Part shown: positions 47,984 to 63,960 of the stretch, one piece after another
Layout of the letters: each line of letters opens with the position of its first letter
Position numbering within the stretch: the stretch's first letter is position 1
Assembly (NCBI GenBank): GCA_964016885.1
Contig: OZ024741.1
Span: 413,292,001-413,356,000, forward strand
Direction of reading: 5' to 3'
From: Eledone cirrhosa
Taxonomy: Eukaryota
DNA length: 64,000 bases
The notes under the pieces: model-generated
Told to the model about the DNA's origin: nothing
Database searches by the model: none
Seen by the model: the letters and a program-made list of their open reading frames with translations, nothing else
Made by a program: the position numbers and the translations under genes

Positions 47984-48548
47984 TGTGATGCGCATGAAAG
48001 TCGATAGCTGTATAACAAAGTGCAGGGCAATAAAGATAGATGGTAGCCACGGAATAGGCAGACCTAGAAAAACCTGGGATGAGCTGATAAACTCCGACCT
48101 CACACACTTACACCTCTCCAAGACAATGTCACTGGACCGAGACCTTTGGCGGTACTCAGTAACAGAGAAGACCCGCCTTGCCAGTAGGCATCTCTAACAA
48201 AATACACCCCGTCCCGCCACCACCCCCACCCCATCCTCACCACCCCGTTCTATGTAAAGTTATGTTGGTGCCGCGCCATCCAGGCCGAAACAAATGAGAT
48301 CGTGTAGGTGTCACGACAAAAAAACACACAGTCCACGCTGTAATGTGGCCGTGTAGGCAACACGGTAAAAACCTCCCAGACCCACACTGTAAATGTGGTT
48401 GGTGTTAGGAAGGGCATCCAACTGTAGAAAACCTGCCAGACAGTCCTATGCGAGCAAGACAATCACTCTTGCCTCAAGTGGGACTACCCCCGTCCAAACC
48501 CATGCAAGCGTGGAACACGGACGTTAAACGTTGATGATGATGATGATG
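47984..48548 (+). mobile_element. RTE family A 3' fragment (a second older tail follows to ~48790)
   Basis: Nearly identical to 17042-17644 with a small deletion after EKTRL. Confidence 0.92.
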
Positions 48549-48789
48549 TTGGTATCACAGAACATCCAGTCCACACTGTAAAGTGGTTGTGTAGGAGATA
48601 TGGTAAAAAAGCTCCAGTCTACACAGTAAATGTGGTTGGCATTAGGAAGGGCATCCAGCTGTAGAAAACCAGCCAGAAACAGTTCTATACAAGCAAGACA
48701 CATCACCTGACCAATCTTGCCTCAAGTGGGACAAACCCGTCTTACCCATGCTAGCGTGGAAGATAGACGTTAAACGATGATGATGATGA

Positions 48790-48835
<46 letters not shown>

Positions 48836-48851
48836 TACACATATACATATA

Positions 48852-49187
48852 CACCTGGCATTTGCAGAATTTTCCTTAGAACCTAACTAATAATTGTTCA
48901 TGGAAACCACCTCATATTTGCGGAATCGTAAATATCTTCTGCAATGTTTTTTATGGCTTTTTTCGTGGCAATATATATTTTTTTAACACTAAATAATTAA
49001 TAACAATATTCTGTATTTGCCGGCCTATTGGACGTCCCTTCGCTTAACACGCACCTTTTTTTTAAATTATATTTTACTTTATATTTTGATGTTTATAGCT
49101 ATTTTTATGGACCACGTTTGATATTCGCGGTTTTTCACTCTTTGTGGGAGTTCTAGGAACATAACCCTCGCGAATACCGCGGGACAA

Positions 49188-49190
<3 letters not shown>
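48852..49190. mobile_element. Degenerate pogo/Tigger-like MITE
   Basis: Right end CGCGAATACCGCGGGACAACTG|TA with internal TATT(C/T)GCGG subrepeats; left TIR decayed. Confidence 0.5.
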
Positions 49191-49252
<62 letters not shown>

Positions 49253-49600
49253 TCTTTAAGTCGTTTGGAAGCCTCGACAATGCAAATGGGTAAATCTCCG
49301 GGTAACAAGATCCGGTGGTGGAGAGAGAGATGTAAGTGGGTGTACGTTGAGATGCGTGGTGTGTAAAGATGTGTAAATGTGTAGAAGAAAGAAGGGAAGA
49401 GTATAAAGGATAAAATAAAAATAACAACACAAGAGAGAGTTACCTTGGGAGAGATTTAATAGTCCCTATATATTTCGGATTCACATCCATCAACTGTATA
49501 TATATTAAAGAGTTAAACAATATTCAATGAGTAAATCAAAGAATGAGTTTTACAGTAGATTGGAAGCACTCTATGGGAAAATAATTTTCCAGAGTTATTA

Positions 49601-49900
49601 ATATTAAAATACAAATATTAATAAAATAGATGTTATTTTTATCAATTACATTTTATTATACATATTTCGGATGTACAACAGTACATCCTCATCAGACAAA
49701 ATATAATGATATATGACATACACTGATTTAATCAAGGTAGTACTACCTTGATTAAATCTTAACCATTTAACATCTCAGGGTATGTCATATTTCATTATAT
49801 TTTGTCTGATGAAGACGTACTGTTGTACATCCGAAATATGTATAATAAAATGTAATTGATAAACAGAACATCTATTTTATTAATATTTGTCTTTTAATAT
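49601..49900. repeat. Imperfect fold-back inverted repeat with an HHR in each arm and a nested 34-bp palindrome
   Basis: ~49601-49725 vs ~49776-49900; core GATTTAATCAAGGTAGT|ACTACCTTGATTAAATC at 49725-49758. Confidence 0.9.
49650..49702 (-). ncRNA. Minimal hammerhead ribozyme (mirror copy on + strand at 49799-49851)
   Basis: attttgt-CTGATGA-ggatgtac-tgtt-gtacatcc-GAAA-tatgta-TA-ataaaat. Confidence 0.8.
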
Positions 49901-49916
49901 ATATATATATATATAT

Positions 49917-49977
<61 letters not shown>

Positions 49978-50109
49978 CAAATATTAATAAAATAGATGTT
50001 CTTTTTAATCACTGATGAAGGACTATTTTTATCATATGTAACCCATGTGCAACCACTCAGTATTCATTCTTCTCATGTTTTTATATATATTCTCCCCAGC
50101 TGCGTTTGT

Positions 50110-53100
50110 CTCTCAGATATATATCTCACCTCTCTCACATATATATATATCTCACCTCTCTCTCTCACATATATATATCTCACCTCTCTCTCACACATAT
50201 ATAAATATCTCACCTCTCTCACATATATATATATCTCACCTCTCTCTCTCACGTATATATCTCACCTCTCTCTCATATATATATATCTCACCTCTCTCAC
50301 ATATATATATATCTCACCTCTCTCTCATATATATATATCTCACCTCTCTCTCTCTCACATATATATATATCTCACCTCTCTCACATATATATATATCTCA
50401 CCTCTCTCTCTCACATACATATATATCTCACCTCTCTCTCTCACATATATATATATCTCACCTCTCTCACATATATATCTATCTCACCTCTCTCTCTCAT
50501 ATATATATCTCACCTCTCTCTCTCACATACATATATATATCTCACCTCTCTCTCATATATATATATCTCACCTCTCTCTCTCTCATATATATATATATCT
50601 CACCTCTCTCACATATATATCTCACCTCTCTCTCTCTCATATATATATATCTCACCTCTCTCTCTCACATATATATATATCTCACCTCTCTCACATATAT
50701 ATCTATCTCACCTCTCTCTCTCATATATATATCTCACCTCTCTCTCTCACATACATATATATATCTCACCTCTCTCACATATATATCTCACCTCTCTCTC
50801 TCTCATATATATATATCTCACCTCTCTCTCTCATATATATATATCTCACCTCTCTCACATACATATATATATCACCTCTCTCCCTCACATATATATATAT
50901 CTCACCTCTCTCACATATATATATATCTCACCTCTATCACATATATATATATCTCACCTCTCTCTCTCACATATATATATATCTCACGTCTCTCACATAC
51001 ATATATATATCACCTCTCTCTCTCACATATATATATATCTCACCTCTCTCACATATATATCTCACCTCTCTCTCTCTCATATATATATATCTCACCTCTC
51101 TCTCATATATATATATCTCACCTCTCTCACATATATATATATCTCACCTGTCTCTCACGTATATATATATCTCACCTCTCTCTCACATATATATATATCT
51201 CACCTCTCTCTCTCATATATATATATATCTCACCTCTCTCACATATATATATATCTCACCACTCTCTCACATATATATATCTCACCTCTCTCTCTCACAT
51301 ATATATATATCTCACCTCTCTCTCACATATATATATACCTCACCACTCTCTCTCATATATATATCTCACCTCTCTCTCACATATATATATATCTCACCTC
51401 TCTCTCTATACATATATATCTCACCTCTCTCTCTCACATATATATATCTCACCTCTCTCTCTCATATATATATATCTCACCTCTCTCTCACATATATATA
51501 TATCTCACCTCTCTCTCTCATATATATATCTCACCTCTCTCTCGATACATATATATCTCACCTCTCTCTCTCACATATATATATCTCACCTCTCTCTCTC
51601 ATATATATATATATCTCACCTCTCTCTCACATATATATATATCTCACCTCTCTCTCTCATATATATATCTCAACTCTCTCACACATATATATATCTCACC
51701 TCTCTCTCTCACACATATATATATATCTCACCTCTCTCACATATATATATATCTCACCTCTCTCTCTCATATATATATCTCACCTCTCTCTCACATATAT
51801 ATATCTCACCTCTCTCTCACACATATATATATCTCACCTCTCTCTCATATATATATATCTCACCTCTCTCACACATATATATATCTCACCTCTCTCACAT
51901 ATATATATATCTCACCTCTCTCTCTCATATATATATATCCCACCTCTCTCTCTCACATATATATATATCTCACCTCTCTCTCATATATATATATATCTGT
52001 TGTTTACTCGATATCTGTTGTTTACTCGAGAGAAGGCTACGTTGGTACGGTCACGTGATGCGCATGAAAGACGACAGCTGTATAACAAAGTGCAGGGCAA
52101 TAAAGATAGACGGTAGCCACGGAGTAGGCAGACCCAGAAAAACATGGGACGAGCTGATAAATTCCGACCTCACACGCTTACACCTCTCCAAGACAATGTC
52201 ACTGGACCGAGACCTTTGGCGGTACTCAGTAATAGAGAAGACCCGCCTTACCTAAATACAAAGTAAAAACCTACTACAGTCAGTAGGCACCTCTATCAAA
52301 ACACACCCCCGACCCACCACCTCCACCCCACCCACACCGCCCCTTTCAATGTAAAGTTATGTTGGTCCCACAACATCCAGGCCGAAACAAATGAGATCGT
52401 GTAGGTGTCACGACAAAAAACACACAGTCCACGCTGTAAATGTGGCCGTGTAGGCAACACGGTAAAAACCTCCCAGCCCCACACTGTAAATGTGGTTGGT
52501 GTTAGGAAGGGCATCCAGCTGTAGAAAACCCGCCAGACAGTCCACGCTGTAATGTGGCCGTGTAGGCAACACGGTAAAAACCTCCCAGCCCCACACTGTA
52601 AATGTGGTTGGTGTTAGGAAGGGCATCCAACTGTAGAAAACCCGCCAGACAGTCCTATGCGAGCAAGACAACCACTCTTGCCTCAAGTGGGAAAACCCCC
52701 GTCCAAACCCATGCAAGCGTGGAACACGGACGCTAAACCTGATGATGATGATGATGATGATGATCTCACCTCTCACTCTCACATATATATATATATTACC
52801 TCTCTCTCACATATATATATATCCCACCTCTCTCTCTCACATATATATATATCTCACCTCTCTCTCATATATATATATATCTCACCTCTCTCTCATATAT
52901 ATATCTCACCTCTCTCTCTCATATATATATATCACCTCTCTCACATATATATATATCTCACCTCTCTCTCTCATATATATATATCTCACCTCTCTCTCTC
53001 ATATATATATATATCTCACCTCTCTCTCATATATATATATCTCACCTCACTCTCTCATATATATATATCTCACCTCTCTCACATATATATATATTTCACC

Positions 53101-56100
53101 ACTCTCTCTCATATATATATCTCACCTCTCTCTCTCATATATATATATCACCTCTCTCACATATATATATATCTCACCTCTCTCTCTCATATATATATAT
53201 CTCACCTCTCTCTCTCATATATATATATATCTCACCTCTCTCTCATATATATATATCTCACCTCACTCTCTCACATATATATATTTCACCTCTCTCTCTC
53301 ATATATATATCTCACCTCTCTCTCTCATATATATATATCTCACCTCTCTCTCTCACATATATATATATTTCACCTCTCTCTCTCATATATATATATCTCA
53401 CCTCTCTCACATATATATATATCTCACCTCTCTCTCTCATATATATATCTCACCTCTCTCTCTCATATATATATATATCACCTCTCTCACATATATATAT
53501 ATCTCACCTCTCTCATATATATATATCTCACCTCTCTCACATATATATATATCTCACCTCTCTCACATATATATATATCCGACCTCTCTGACATATATAT
53601 ATATCTCACCTCTCTCACATATATATATATATCTCACCTCTCTCTCTCATATATATATCTCACCTCTCTCTCATATATATATATATCTCACCTCTCTCTC
53701 ATATATATATATCTCACCTCTCTCTCTCATATATATATCTCACCTCTCTCTCACATATATATATATCTCACCTCTCTCTCATATATATATATCTCAACTC
53801 TCTCTCTCATATATATATATATCTCACCTCTCTCTCTCATATATATATATCACCTGTCTCACATATATATATCTCACCTCTCTCTCTCATATATATATAT
53901 CTCACCTCTCTCTCTCATATATATATATATCTCACCTCTCTCTCATATATATATATCTCACCTCTCTCTCTCATATATATATCTCACCTCTCTCTCATAT
54001 ATATATATATCTCACCTCACTCTCACACATATATATATATTTCACCTCTCTCTCTCATATATATATATCTCACCTCTCTCTCTCACATATATATATATCT
54101 CACCTCTCTCTCTCATATATATATATCTCACCTCTCTCACATATATATATATCTCACCTCTCTCTCTCATATATATATCTCACCTCTCTCTCTCATATAT
54201 ATATATATCACCTCTCTCACATATATATATATCTCACCTCTCTCATATATATATATCTCACCTCTCTCACATATATATATATCTCACCTCTCTCATATAT
54301 ATATATCTCACCTCTCTCACATATATATATATCTCACCTCTCTCACATATATATATATCCCACCTCTCTGACATATATATATATCTCACCTCTCTCACAT
54401 ATATATATATATCTCACCTCTCTCTCTCATATATATATCTCACCTCTCTCTCATATATATATATATCTCACCTCTCTCTCATATATATATATCTCACCTC
54501 TCTCTCTCATATATATATCTCACCTCTCTCTCACATATATATATATCTCACCTCTCTCTCATATATATATATCTCAACTCTCTCTCTCATATATATATAT
54601 ATCTCACCTCTCTCTCTCATATATATATATCTCAACTCTCTCTCTCATATATATATATATCTCACCTCTCTCTCTCATATATATATATCTCACCTCTCTC
54701 TCTCATATATATATATATCTCACCTCTCTCTCACACATATATATATATTTGACCTCTCTCTCTCACATATATATCTCACCTCTCTCTCATATATATATAT
54801 CTCACCTCTCTCACACATATATATATCTCATCTCTCTCTCAAATATATATATCTCACCTCTCTCTCACATATATATATCTCACCTCTCTCTCTCACATAT
54901 ATATATCTCACCTCTCTCTCTCATATATATATATCTCAACTCTCTCTCTCATATATATATATATCTCACCTCTCTCTCTCATATATATATATCTCACCTC
55001 TCTCTCATATATATATCTCACCTCTCTCTCATATATATTCTCACCTCTCTCTCTCATATATATATATATCTCACCTCTCTCTCACATATATATATCTCAC
55101 CTCTCTCACATATATATATACCTCACCACTCTCTCTCATATATATATCTCACCTCTCTCTCACATATATATATCTCACCTCTCTCTCTCACATATATATA
55201 TAATTCACCTCTCTCTCACATATATATATATCTCACCTCTCTCTCTCACATATATATATATATCTCACCTCTCTCTCATATATATATATCTCACCTCTCT
55301 CTCTCTCACATATATATATATCTCACCTCTCTCACATATATATATATCTCACCTCTCTCTCTATACATATATATCTCACCTCTCTCTCTCACATATATAT
55401 ATCTCACCTCTCTCTCTCATATATCTATATCTCACCTCTCTCTCTATACATATATATCTCACCTCTCTCTCACACATATATATCTCACCTCTCTCTCTCA
55501 CATATATATATATCTCACCTCTCTCTCACATATATATATATCTCACCTCTCTCTCACATATATATATATATATCTCACCTCTCTCTCATATAAATATATC
55601 TCACCTCTCTCTCTCTCATATATATATATCTCACCTCTCTCTCTCATATATATATCTCACCTCTCTCTCTCACACATATATATATATCTCACCTCTCTCT
55701 CACATATATATATATATATATCTCACCTCTCTCTCATATAAATATATCTCACCTCTCTCTCTCATATATATATATCTCACCTCTCTCTCTCACATATATA
55801 TATATTTCACGTCTCTCTCTCATATATATATATCTCACCTCTCTCTCTCACATATATATATATCTCACCTCTCTCTCTCATATATATATATGTCACCTCT
55901 CTCACATATATATATCTATCTCACCTCTCTCTCTCATATATCTATCTCACCTTTCTCTCTCATATATATATATCTCACCTCTCTCACATATATATATATC
56001 TCACCTCTCTCACATATATATATATCCCACCTCTCTCACATATATATATATCTCACCTCTCCCACATATATATATATATCTCACCTCTCTCTCTCATATA

Positions 56101-59100
56101 TATATCTCACCTCTCTCATATATATATCTCACCTCTCTCTCTCATATATATATATCTCACCTCTCTCTCTCATATATATATATATCTCACCTCTCTCTCA
56201 TATATATATATCTCACCTCTCTCTCTCATATATATATCTCACCGCTCTCTCATATATATATATATCTCACCTCTCTCTCTCACATATATATGTATCTCAC
56301 CTCTCTCTCTCATATATATATATCACCTCTCTCTCTCACACATATATATATATCTCAACTCTCTCTCACATATATATATATCTCACCTCTCTCTCATATA
56401 AATATATCCCACCTCTCTCTCTCGTATATATATATCTCACCTCTCTCTCACATATATATATATCTCACCTCTCTCTCACACATATATATATATCTCACCT
56501 CTCTCTCTCTCATATATATATATCTCACCTCTCTCTCTCATATATATATATCTCACCTCTCTCTCTCACATATATATATATCTCACCTCTCTCTCACACA
56601 TATATATATATCTCACCTCTCTCTCTCACATATATATATATCTCACCTCTCTCTCACATATATATATCTCACCTCTCTCTCACACATATATATATATCTC
56701 ACCCCTCTCTCATATATATATATCTCACCTCTCTCTCTCACATATATATATCTCACCTCTCTCTCTCACATATATATATATCTCACCTCTCTCTCATATA
56801 TATATATCTCACCTCTCTCTCTCATATATATATCTCACCTCTCTCTCATATATATATATATCTCAGCTCTCTCTCTCACATATATATGTATCTCACCTCT
56901 CTCTCATATATATATCTCACCTCTCTCTCTCACACATATATATATATCTCAACTCTCTCTCACATATATATATATCTCACCTCTCTCTCACATATATATA
57001 TATCTCACCTCTCTCTCATATATATATATCTCACCTCTCTCTCTCATATATGTATGTCTCCCCTCTCTCACATATATATATGTCTCAGCTCTCTTTCTCA
57101 CATATATATATCTCACCTCTCTCTCCATATCTATATCTATCTCACCTCTCTCTCTCATATATATATATCTCACCTCTCTCTCTCACATATATATATATCT
57201 CACCTCTCTCTCTCACATATATATATATCTCACCTCTCTCTCTCACATATATATATATCTCTCCTCTCTCTCTCATATATATATATTTCTCACCTCTCTC
57301 TCATATATATATATCTCACCTCTCTCTCTCATATATATATATATCTCACCTCTCTCTCTCACATATATATATATCTCACCTCTCTCTCTCATATATATAT
57401 GTCACCTCTCTCTCTCACATATATATATCTCACCTCTCTCTCACATATATATCTATCTCACCTCTCTCACATATATATATCTCACCTCTCTCTCACACAT
57501 ATATATATATCTCACCTCTCTCTCTCACATATATATATATCTCACCTCTCTCTCACATATATATATCTCACCTCTCTCTCACACATATATATATACCTCA
57601 CCCCTCTCTCATATATATATATCTCACCTCTCTCTCTCACATATATATATCTCACCTCTCTCTCTCACATATATATATATCTCACCTCTCTCTCATATAT
57701 ATATATCTCACCTCTCTCTCTCATATATATATCTCACCTCTCTCTCATATATATATATATCTCACCTCTCTCTCTCACATATATATGTATCTCACCTCTC
57801 TCTCTCATATATATATCTCACCTCTCTCTCTCACACATATATATATATCTCAACTCTCTCTCACATATATATATATCTCACCTCTCTCTCACATATATAT
57901 ATATCTCACCTCTCTCTCATATATATATATCTCACCTCTCTCTCTCATATATGTATATCTCACCTCTCTCTCACATATATATATATCTCACCTCTCTCTC
58001 ATATATATATATCTCACCTCTCTCTCTCATATATATATCTCACCTCTCTCTCATATATATATATATCTCACCTCTCTCTCTCACATATATATGTATCTCA
58101 CCTCTCTCTCTCACATATATATCTCACCTCTCTCTCACATATATATATATCTCACCTCTCTCTCATATATATATATCTCACCTCTCTCTCTCATATATGT
58201 ATATCTCACCTCTCTCACATATATATATGTCTCAGCTCTCTTTCTCACATATATATATCTCACCTCTCTCTCCATATATATATCTATCTCACCTCTCTCT
58301 CTCATATATATATATCTCACCTCTCTCTCTCACATATATATATATCTCACCTCTCTCTCTCACATATATATATATATCTCACCTCTCTCTCCATATATAT
58401 ATCTATCTCACCTCTCTCTCTCATATATATATATCTCACCTCTCTCTCACATATATATCTATCTCACCTCTCTCACATATATATATATCTCACCTCTCTC
58501 TCTCATATATATATATATCTCACCTCTCTCTCTCACATATATATATATCTCACCTCTCTCTCTCATATATATATGTCACCTCTCTCTCTCACATATATAT
58601 ATCTCACCTCTCTCTCACATATATATCTATCTCACCTCTCTCACATATATATATCTCACCTCTCTCTCTCACATATATATATATCTCACCTCTCTCTCTC
58701 ACATATATCTATCCCACCTCTCTGTCACATATATATATCTCACCTCTCTCTCACATATATATATATCTCACCTCTCTCTCATATATATATATCTCACCTC
58801 TCTCTCTCACATATATATCTATCTCACCTCTCTCTCACACATATATATATATCTCACCTCTCTCTCATATGTATATATCTCACCTCTCTCTCTCACATAT
58901 ATATATCTCACCTCTCTCTCTCACATATACATATATATCTCACCTCTCTCTCATATATATATATCTCACATCTCTCTCTCATATATATATCTCACCTCTC
59001 CCACATATATATATCTCACCTCTCTCTCTCTCTCACATATATATATATCTCACCTCTCTCTCACACATATATATATATCTCACCTCTCTCTCTCACATAT

Positions 59101-61011
59101 ATATATATATCTCACCTCTCTCTCACATATATATATCTCACCTCTCTCTCATATATATATATCTCACCTCTCTCTCTCATATATGTATATCTCACCTCTC
59201 TCACTTATATATATATCTCAGCTCTCTTTCTCACATATATATATCTCACCTCTCTCTCACATATATATATATCTCACCTCTCTCTCTCACATATATATAT
59301 ATCTCACCTCTCTCTCCATATATATATCTATCTCACCTCTCTCTCTCATATATATATATCTCACCTCTCTCTCAGATATATATCTATCTCACCTCTCTCA
59401 CATATATATATATCTCACCTCTCTCTCTCACATATATATATCTCACCTCTCTCTCTCATATATATATATCTCACCACTCTCTCATATATATATATATCTC
59501 CTCTCTCTCACATATATATATATCTCACCTCTCTCTCATATATATATATCTCACCTCACTCTCTCACATATATATATATCTCACCTCTCTCTCTCACATA
59601 TATATACATTTCACCTCTCTGTCTCATATATATATCTCACCTCACTCTCTCACATATATATATATCTTACCTCTCTCTCTCACATATATATACATTTCAC
59701 CTCTCTCTCTCACATACATATATATCACCTCTCTCTCACATATATATATATCTCACCTCTCTCTCACATATATATATATCTCACCTCTCTCTCTCATATA
59801 TATATATATCTCACCTCTCTCTCTCAGATATATATATATCTCACCTCTCTCTCTCATATATATATATCTCACCTCTCTCTCATATATATATCTCACCTCT
59901 CTCTCTCATATATATATATCTCACCTCTCTCTCTCATATATATATATATCTCACCTCTCTCTCACATATATATATATATCTCACCTCTCTCTCACATATA
60001 TATATCTCACCTCTCTCTCACATATATATATCTCACCTCTTTCTCTCATATATATATATATCTCACCTCTCTCTCTCATATATATATATCTCACCTCTCT
60101 CTCACATATATATATATATATCACCTCTCTCACATATATATATCTCACCTCTCTCTCTCATATATATATCTCACCTCTCTCTCTATACATATATATCTCA
60201 CCTCTCTCTCTCACATATATATCTCACCTCTCTCACATATATATATATCTCACCTCTCTCTCTCACATATATATATATCTCACCTCTCTCTCACATATAT
60301 ATATATCTCACCTCTCTCTCTCATATATATATATCTCACCTCTCTCTCTCACATATATATATATCTCACCTCTCTCTCACATATATATCTCTCACCTCTC
60401 TCTCTCATATATATATATCTCACCTCTCTCTCACATATATCTATCTCACCTCTCTCACATATATATATCTCACCTCTCTCTCACATATATATATATCTCA
60501 CCTCTCTCTCACATATATCTATCTCACCTCTCTCACATATATATATATCTCACCTCTCTCTCTCTCGTATATCTATCTCACCTCTCTCTCACCTATATAT
60601 ATCTCACCTCTCTCTCTCATATATATATATCTCTCACCTCTCTCTCACATATATCTATCTCACCTCTCTCTCTCACATATATATATATCTCTCACCTCTC
60701 TCTCACATATATATATATCTCACCTCTCTCTCATATATATATATATCTCACCTCTCTCTCACATATATATATATCTCACCTCTCTCTCACATATATATAT
60801 ATCTCACCTCTCTCATATATATATATATATCTCACCTCTCTCTCTCATATATATATATATCACCTCTCTCACATATATATCTCACTTCTCTCACATATAT
60901 ATCTCACTTCTCTCTCTCACATATATATTTCTCACCTCTCTCTCGTATATATATATCTCACCTCTCTCTCTCAAGTTTATATATATATATCTCATCTCTC
61001 TCTGTCTCTCA

Positions 61012-61040
<29 letters not shown>
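50110..61040. repeat. Compound satellite CTCAC(CT)nCA(TA)n, variable ~22-30-bp unit
   Basis: Direct inspection; interrupted once by an RTE fragment. Confidence 0.98.
52013..52763 (+). mobile_element. RTE family A 3' fragment (duplicated-UTR subfamily) inserted in the CT/TA satellite
   Basis: [19 protein letters not shown], duplicated UTR module, CGCTAAACCT(GAT)n. Confidence 0.95.
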
Positions 61041-61042
<2 letters not shown>

Positions 61043-61480
61043 ATCTCTCTCTTATCTCTCTCCCTTTCTTCTCCCTTCCTCTCTCTCACACTCCCAGTTC
61101 TCTCTTCTCCCCCTCTCTTCAACCTCTCTCTTTCCCTCTCATCTCCCCCCTCTCTTCAACCACTCTCTCTCCCAGTCCTCCCTCTATATAGCTACAGTCA
61201 ATGTCACTACTTTGTAATATCAACTACAAACCTTCTGCATCAAGTCCTTCTCTTTATTGTTATGTGTAGTAGTAGTTGTGTATTTTGGTTTTTATTTTCT
61301 CTGTTGACGACCAGAATTACTTCATAAATAACTAATAAGCAATGTTTAGCAGCCATTTAATACTCTTTCCTTTTCTTTTGTCTCTCATCTTTCCTTTGTT
61401 TTCTATGTTTTGTGTCCTCCATGTATTTTAAATATATATGTGTGTGTATATATATATATATATATATGTGCCTGTGTGTG

Positions 61481-61572
<92 letters not shown>

Positions 61573-61664
61573 TGCATATATATATATATACTTTTTCTGC
61601 ATCTCCGCCCCCTATTATCAAAAGTCCTTCACAGATACATAAATGTATATGTACATAGATACAT

Positions 61665-61724
<60 letters not shown>

Positions 61725-62209
61725 AATCTGTAATGATATGATGACCTTCTGTTCACAAATGTTTGCGACTGTTGAGCCATTGAGCCTTAAGCAATTTTCA
61801 TTTACCAAACCAATTTTCATGCCAGCAGCACCACTGAAGTTACTTTAGTTCCATATATTTGCAACCAATTTCCTTGTGCCACATACAATGTTCCTATAAG
61901 CTACTGAAACACTAGTGTTTGGGCCTTTTACCATTCTTCTACTTCCATCACTATGTCTGAAAATAACGGTTTGTAAGCGTTTCATTAGAAACCTATTATA
62001 GTTTTACTGCATTTGTCTTCATTGCTTTGAAAATATTGTTGTTCTTGTTGCTGTTGATGGTTGTTATTGGTTGTATTACAACGATGAAAGTTAGTTTTCA
62101 AAATTAAACCATCACTGATCTGGAATAATTGTTTTTGCCAATTTTTGATCTAACTAATAGGAAGAAATTATTATTATCATTATCATCATCATCATCATCA
62201 TTATCCTTA

Positions 62210-62243
<34 letters not shown>

Positions 62244-63066
62244 CATTATAATCATCATCATCATTATTATTAGCAGTAGTATCATTAGTATTATTATGGT
62301 TGTCGTTGTTTGAAGCAACAAAATGTAATAGAACTCAACAATGCTACTAACTCCATTTAAAAAAAAAAAGAAAAAATTGAACAAATGAATGTTTGAGATA
62401 AACAGACTTTGTTTTATTTTGTTTTGTGCACCAACAACATATATTATATATCAATTTAACTGAAATATGTTTTGTTTGATTTTTACCATTGCTCTGTAAT
62501 TCCCAAGAGTAATTATTTTACAAAATACTGTTTTGAAATAGCAATCATAAATTCTAGACTAAGCAGAGAATTTCCAGAGAATTTCCAGAGAATTTCAGAG
62601 AATTCCAGAGAATTACATACAGGGTTGTTGTCGTGTTTATCAATCAATATTTTGGATAACGTCAAATACTGCAAGACACAAACAACAAAAAAAACAAAAA
62701 CACACACACACACACATATATATACACAGACACCTACACACACACATACATATATATATATACAGACATCTACACACACCTATACATATATATATATACA
62801 GATACACACGTTCATATATATATATAAACACACACATATATAGACACACACACGTATATATATACATATTCATACACAAACACACATACATATATATATA
62901 TACACATACCCACACACACACGTATATCATTATCATATATATATATACACACACATGTGTATTTTGATTTGCAAATAATAGATATACATTTTTTTGTCTA
63001 TACTCCAGAGATTACTCTGTTTTGCTACTCTGAGTTTCACAATAACTTGCTGATCACACAACCAAT

Positions 63067-63110
<44 letters not shown>

Positions 63111-63248
63111 ATGTATGTGAGTGTGTGTGTCTAGGGAGAGAGAGAGGGGCAGAGAGTGAGGAGGGAATTCCAATGTTGAGTTGGATCTAAAAGATATTAT
63201 CAGTACTGATAGAAACCCTCCTAAAACTTTAAACTAATTCCTTCCTGG

Positions 63249-63318
63249 ATGGCGAACCCAAACAAGATCAAGATACAAGTGTGTCACTGGGATTCTATTG
63301 ACAAAACCTGCAAATATG
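63249..63318 (+). CDS. Possible first coding exon (MANPNKIKIQVCHWDSIDKTCKY)
   Basis: ATG, 23 open codons, then G|GTAAGT consensus donor in non-repetitive sequence; no homology recognised. Confidence 0.2.
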
Positions 63319-63514
63319 GTAAGTGTTGTCTTTAATACCTTCCACCCTTCTCATTACATGTCTCTCGTTAATGACTTGGTTGCCTGCTATGTTAATTAAA
63401 ACTGCACTCCTTCTCCTATGACTGGTTTCTCTTCCAATTACGGCTGCTACCTCGATTTATGGCTGGGTTCTGTTCCAAACAGCCTTCGTCACACGTCAAT
63501 GAGGGCCTATCTTG

Positions 63515-63632
63515 AAAGTATGTGGCCTAGTGGGCAGTGTCTTGGACTTAGGATCATAATATCAGGGGTTTGATTCCAAGACGGGGCAGTATTGTGTGTT
63601 CAGGAGAAAACATTTGATTTCACATTGCTTTT
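63515..63632 (+). mobile_element. Degenerate tRNA-headed SINE 5' part
   Basis: TGGCCTAGTGG A box, GGTTTGATTCC B box, decayed central domain ending ATTTCACATTGCT. Confidence 0.6.
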
Positions 63633-63706
63633 CATCATAGAGCTAGGGTGCCTATCATTAGGGAGGCCAGCTGAACCTACATAGGTGTGAGCTGTGAAAT
63701 ATATGT

Positions 63707-63960
63707 ATCATCACCATCATCACCACCACTATCATCATCAACATCAACAGCATTATCATTATCATCATCACCATCAACATCATCACCATCATCATCATCA
63801 TTATCATCATCATCACCATCACCATCACTATCATCACCACCACCACCATTATCACCACCACCACCATCATCATCATCAACAACATTATCATCATCACCAC
63901 CATCATCACCATCATCATCATGACCACCACCACCATCATCATCATCAACAACATTATCAT
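63707..63960. repeat. (CAT/CAC)n degenerate trinucleotide tract
   Basis: Direct inspection. Confidence 0.95.

Noticed and set aside
49996-61327. 700-1700 aa Ile/Tyr/Ser/Leu/His ORFs
   Set aside because: The G-poor satellite strand rarely forms stop codons; all three frames are open
63440-63510. HDV-like ribozyme
   Set aside because: Could not build the nested double pseudoknot by eye
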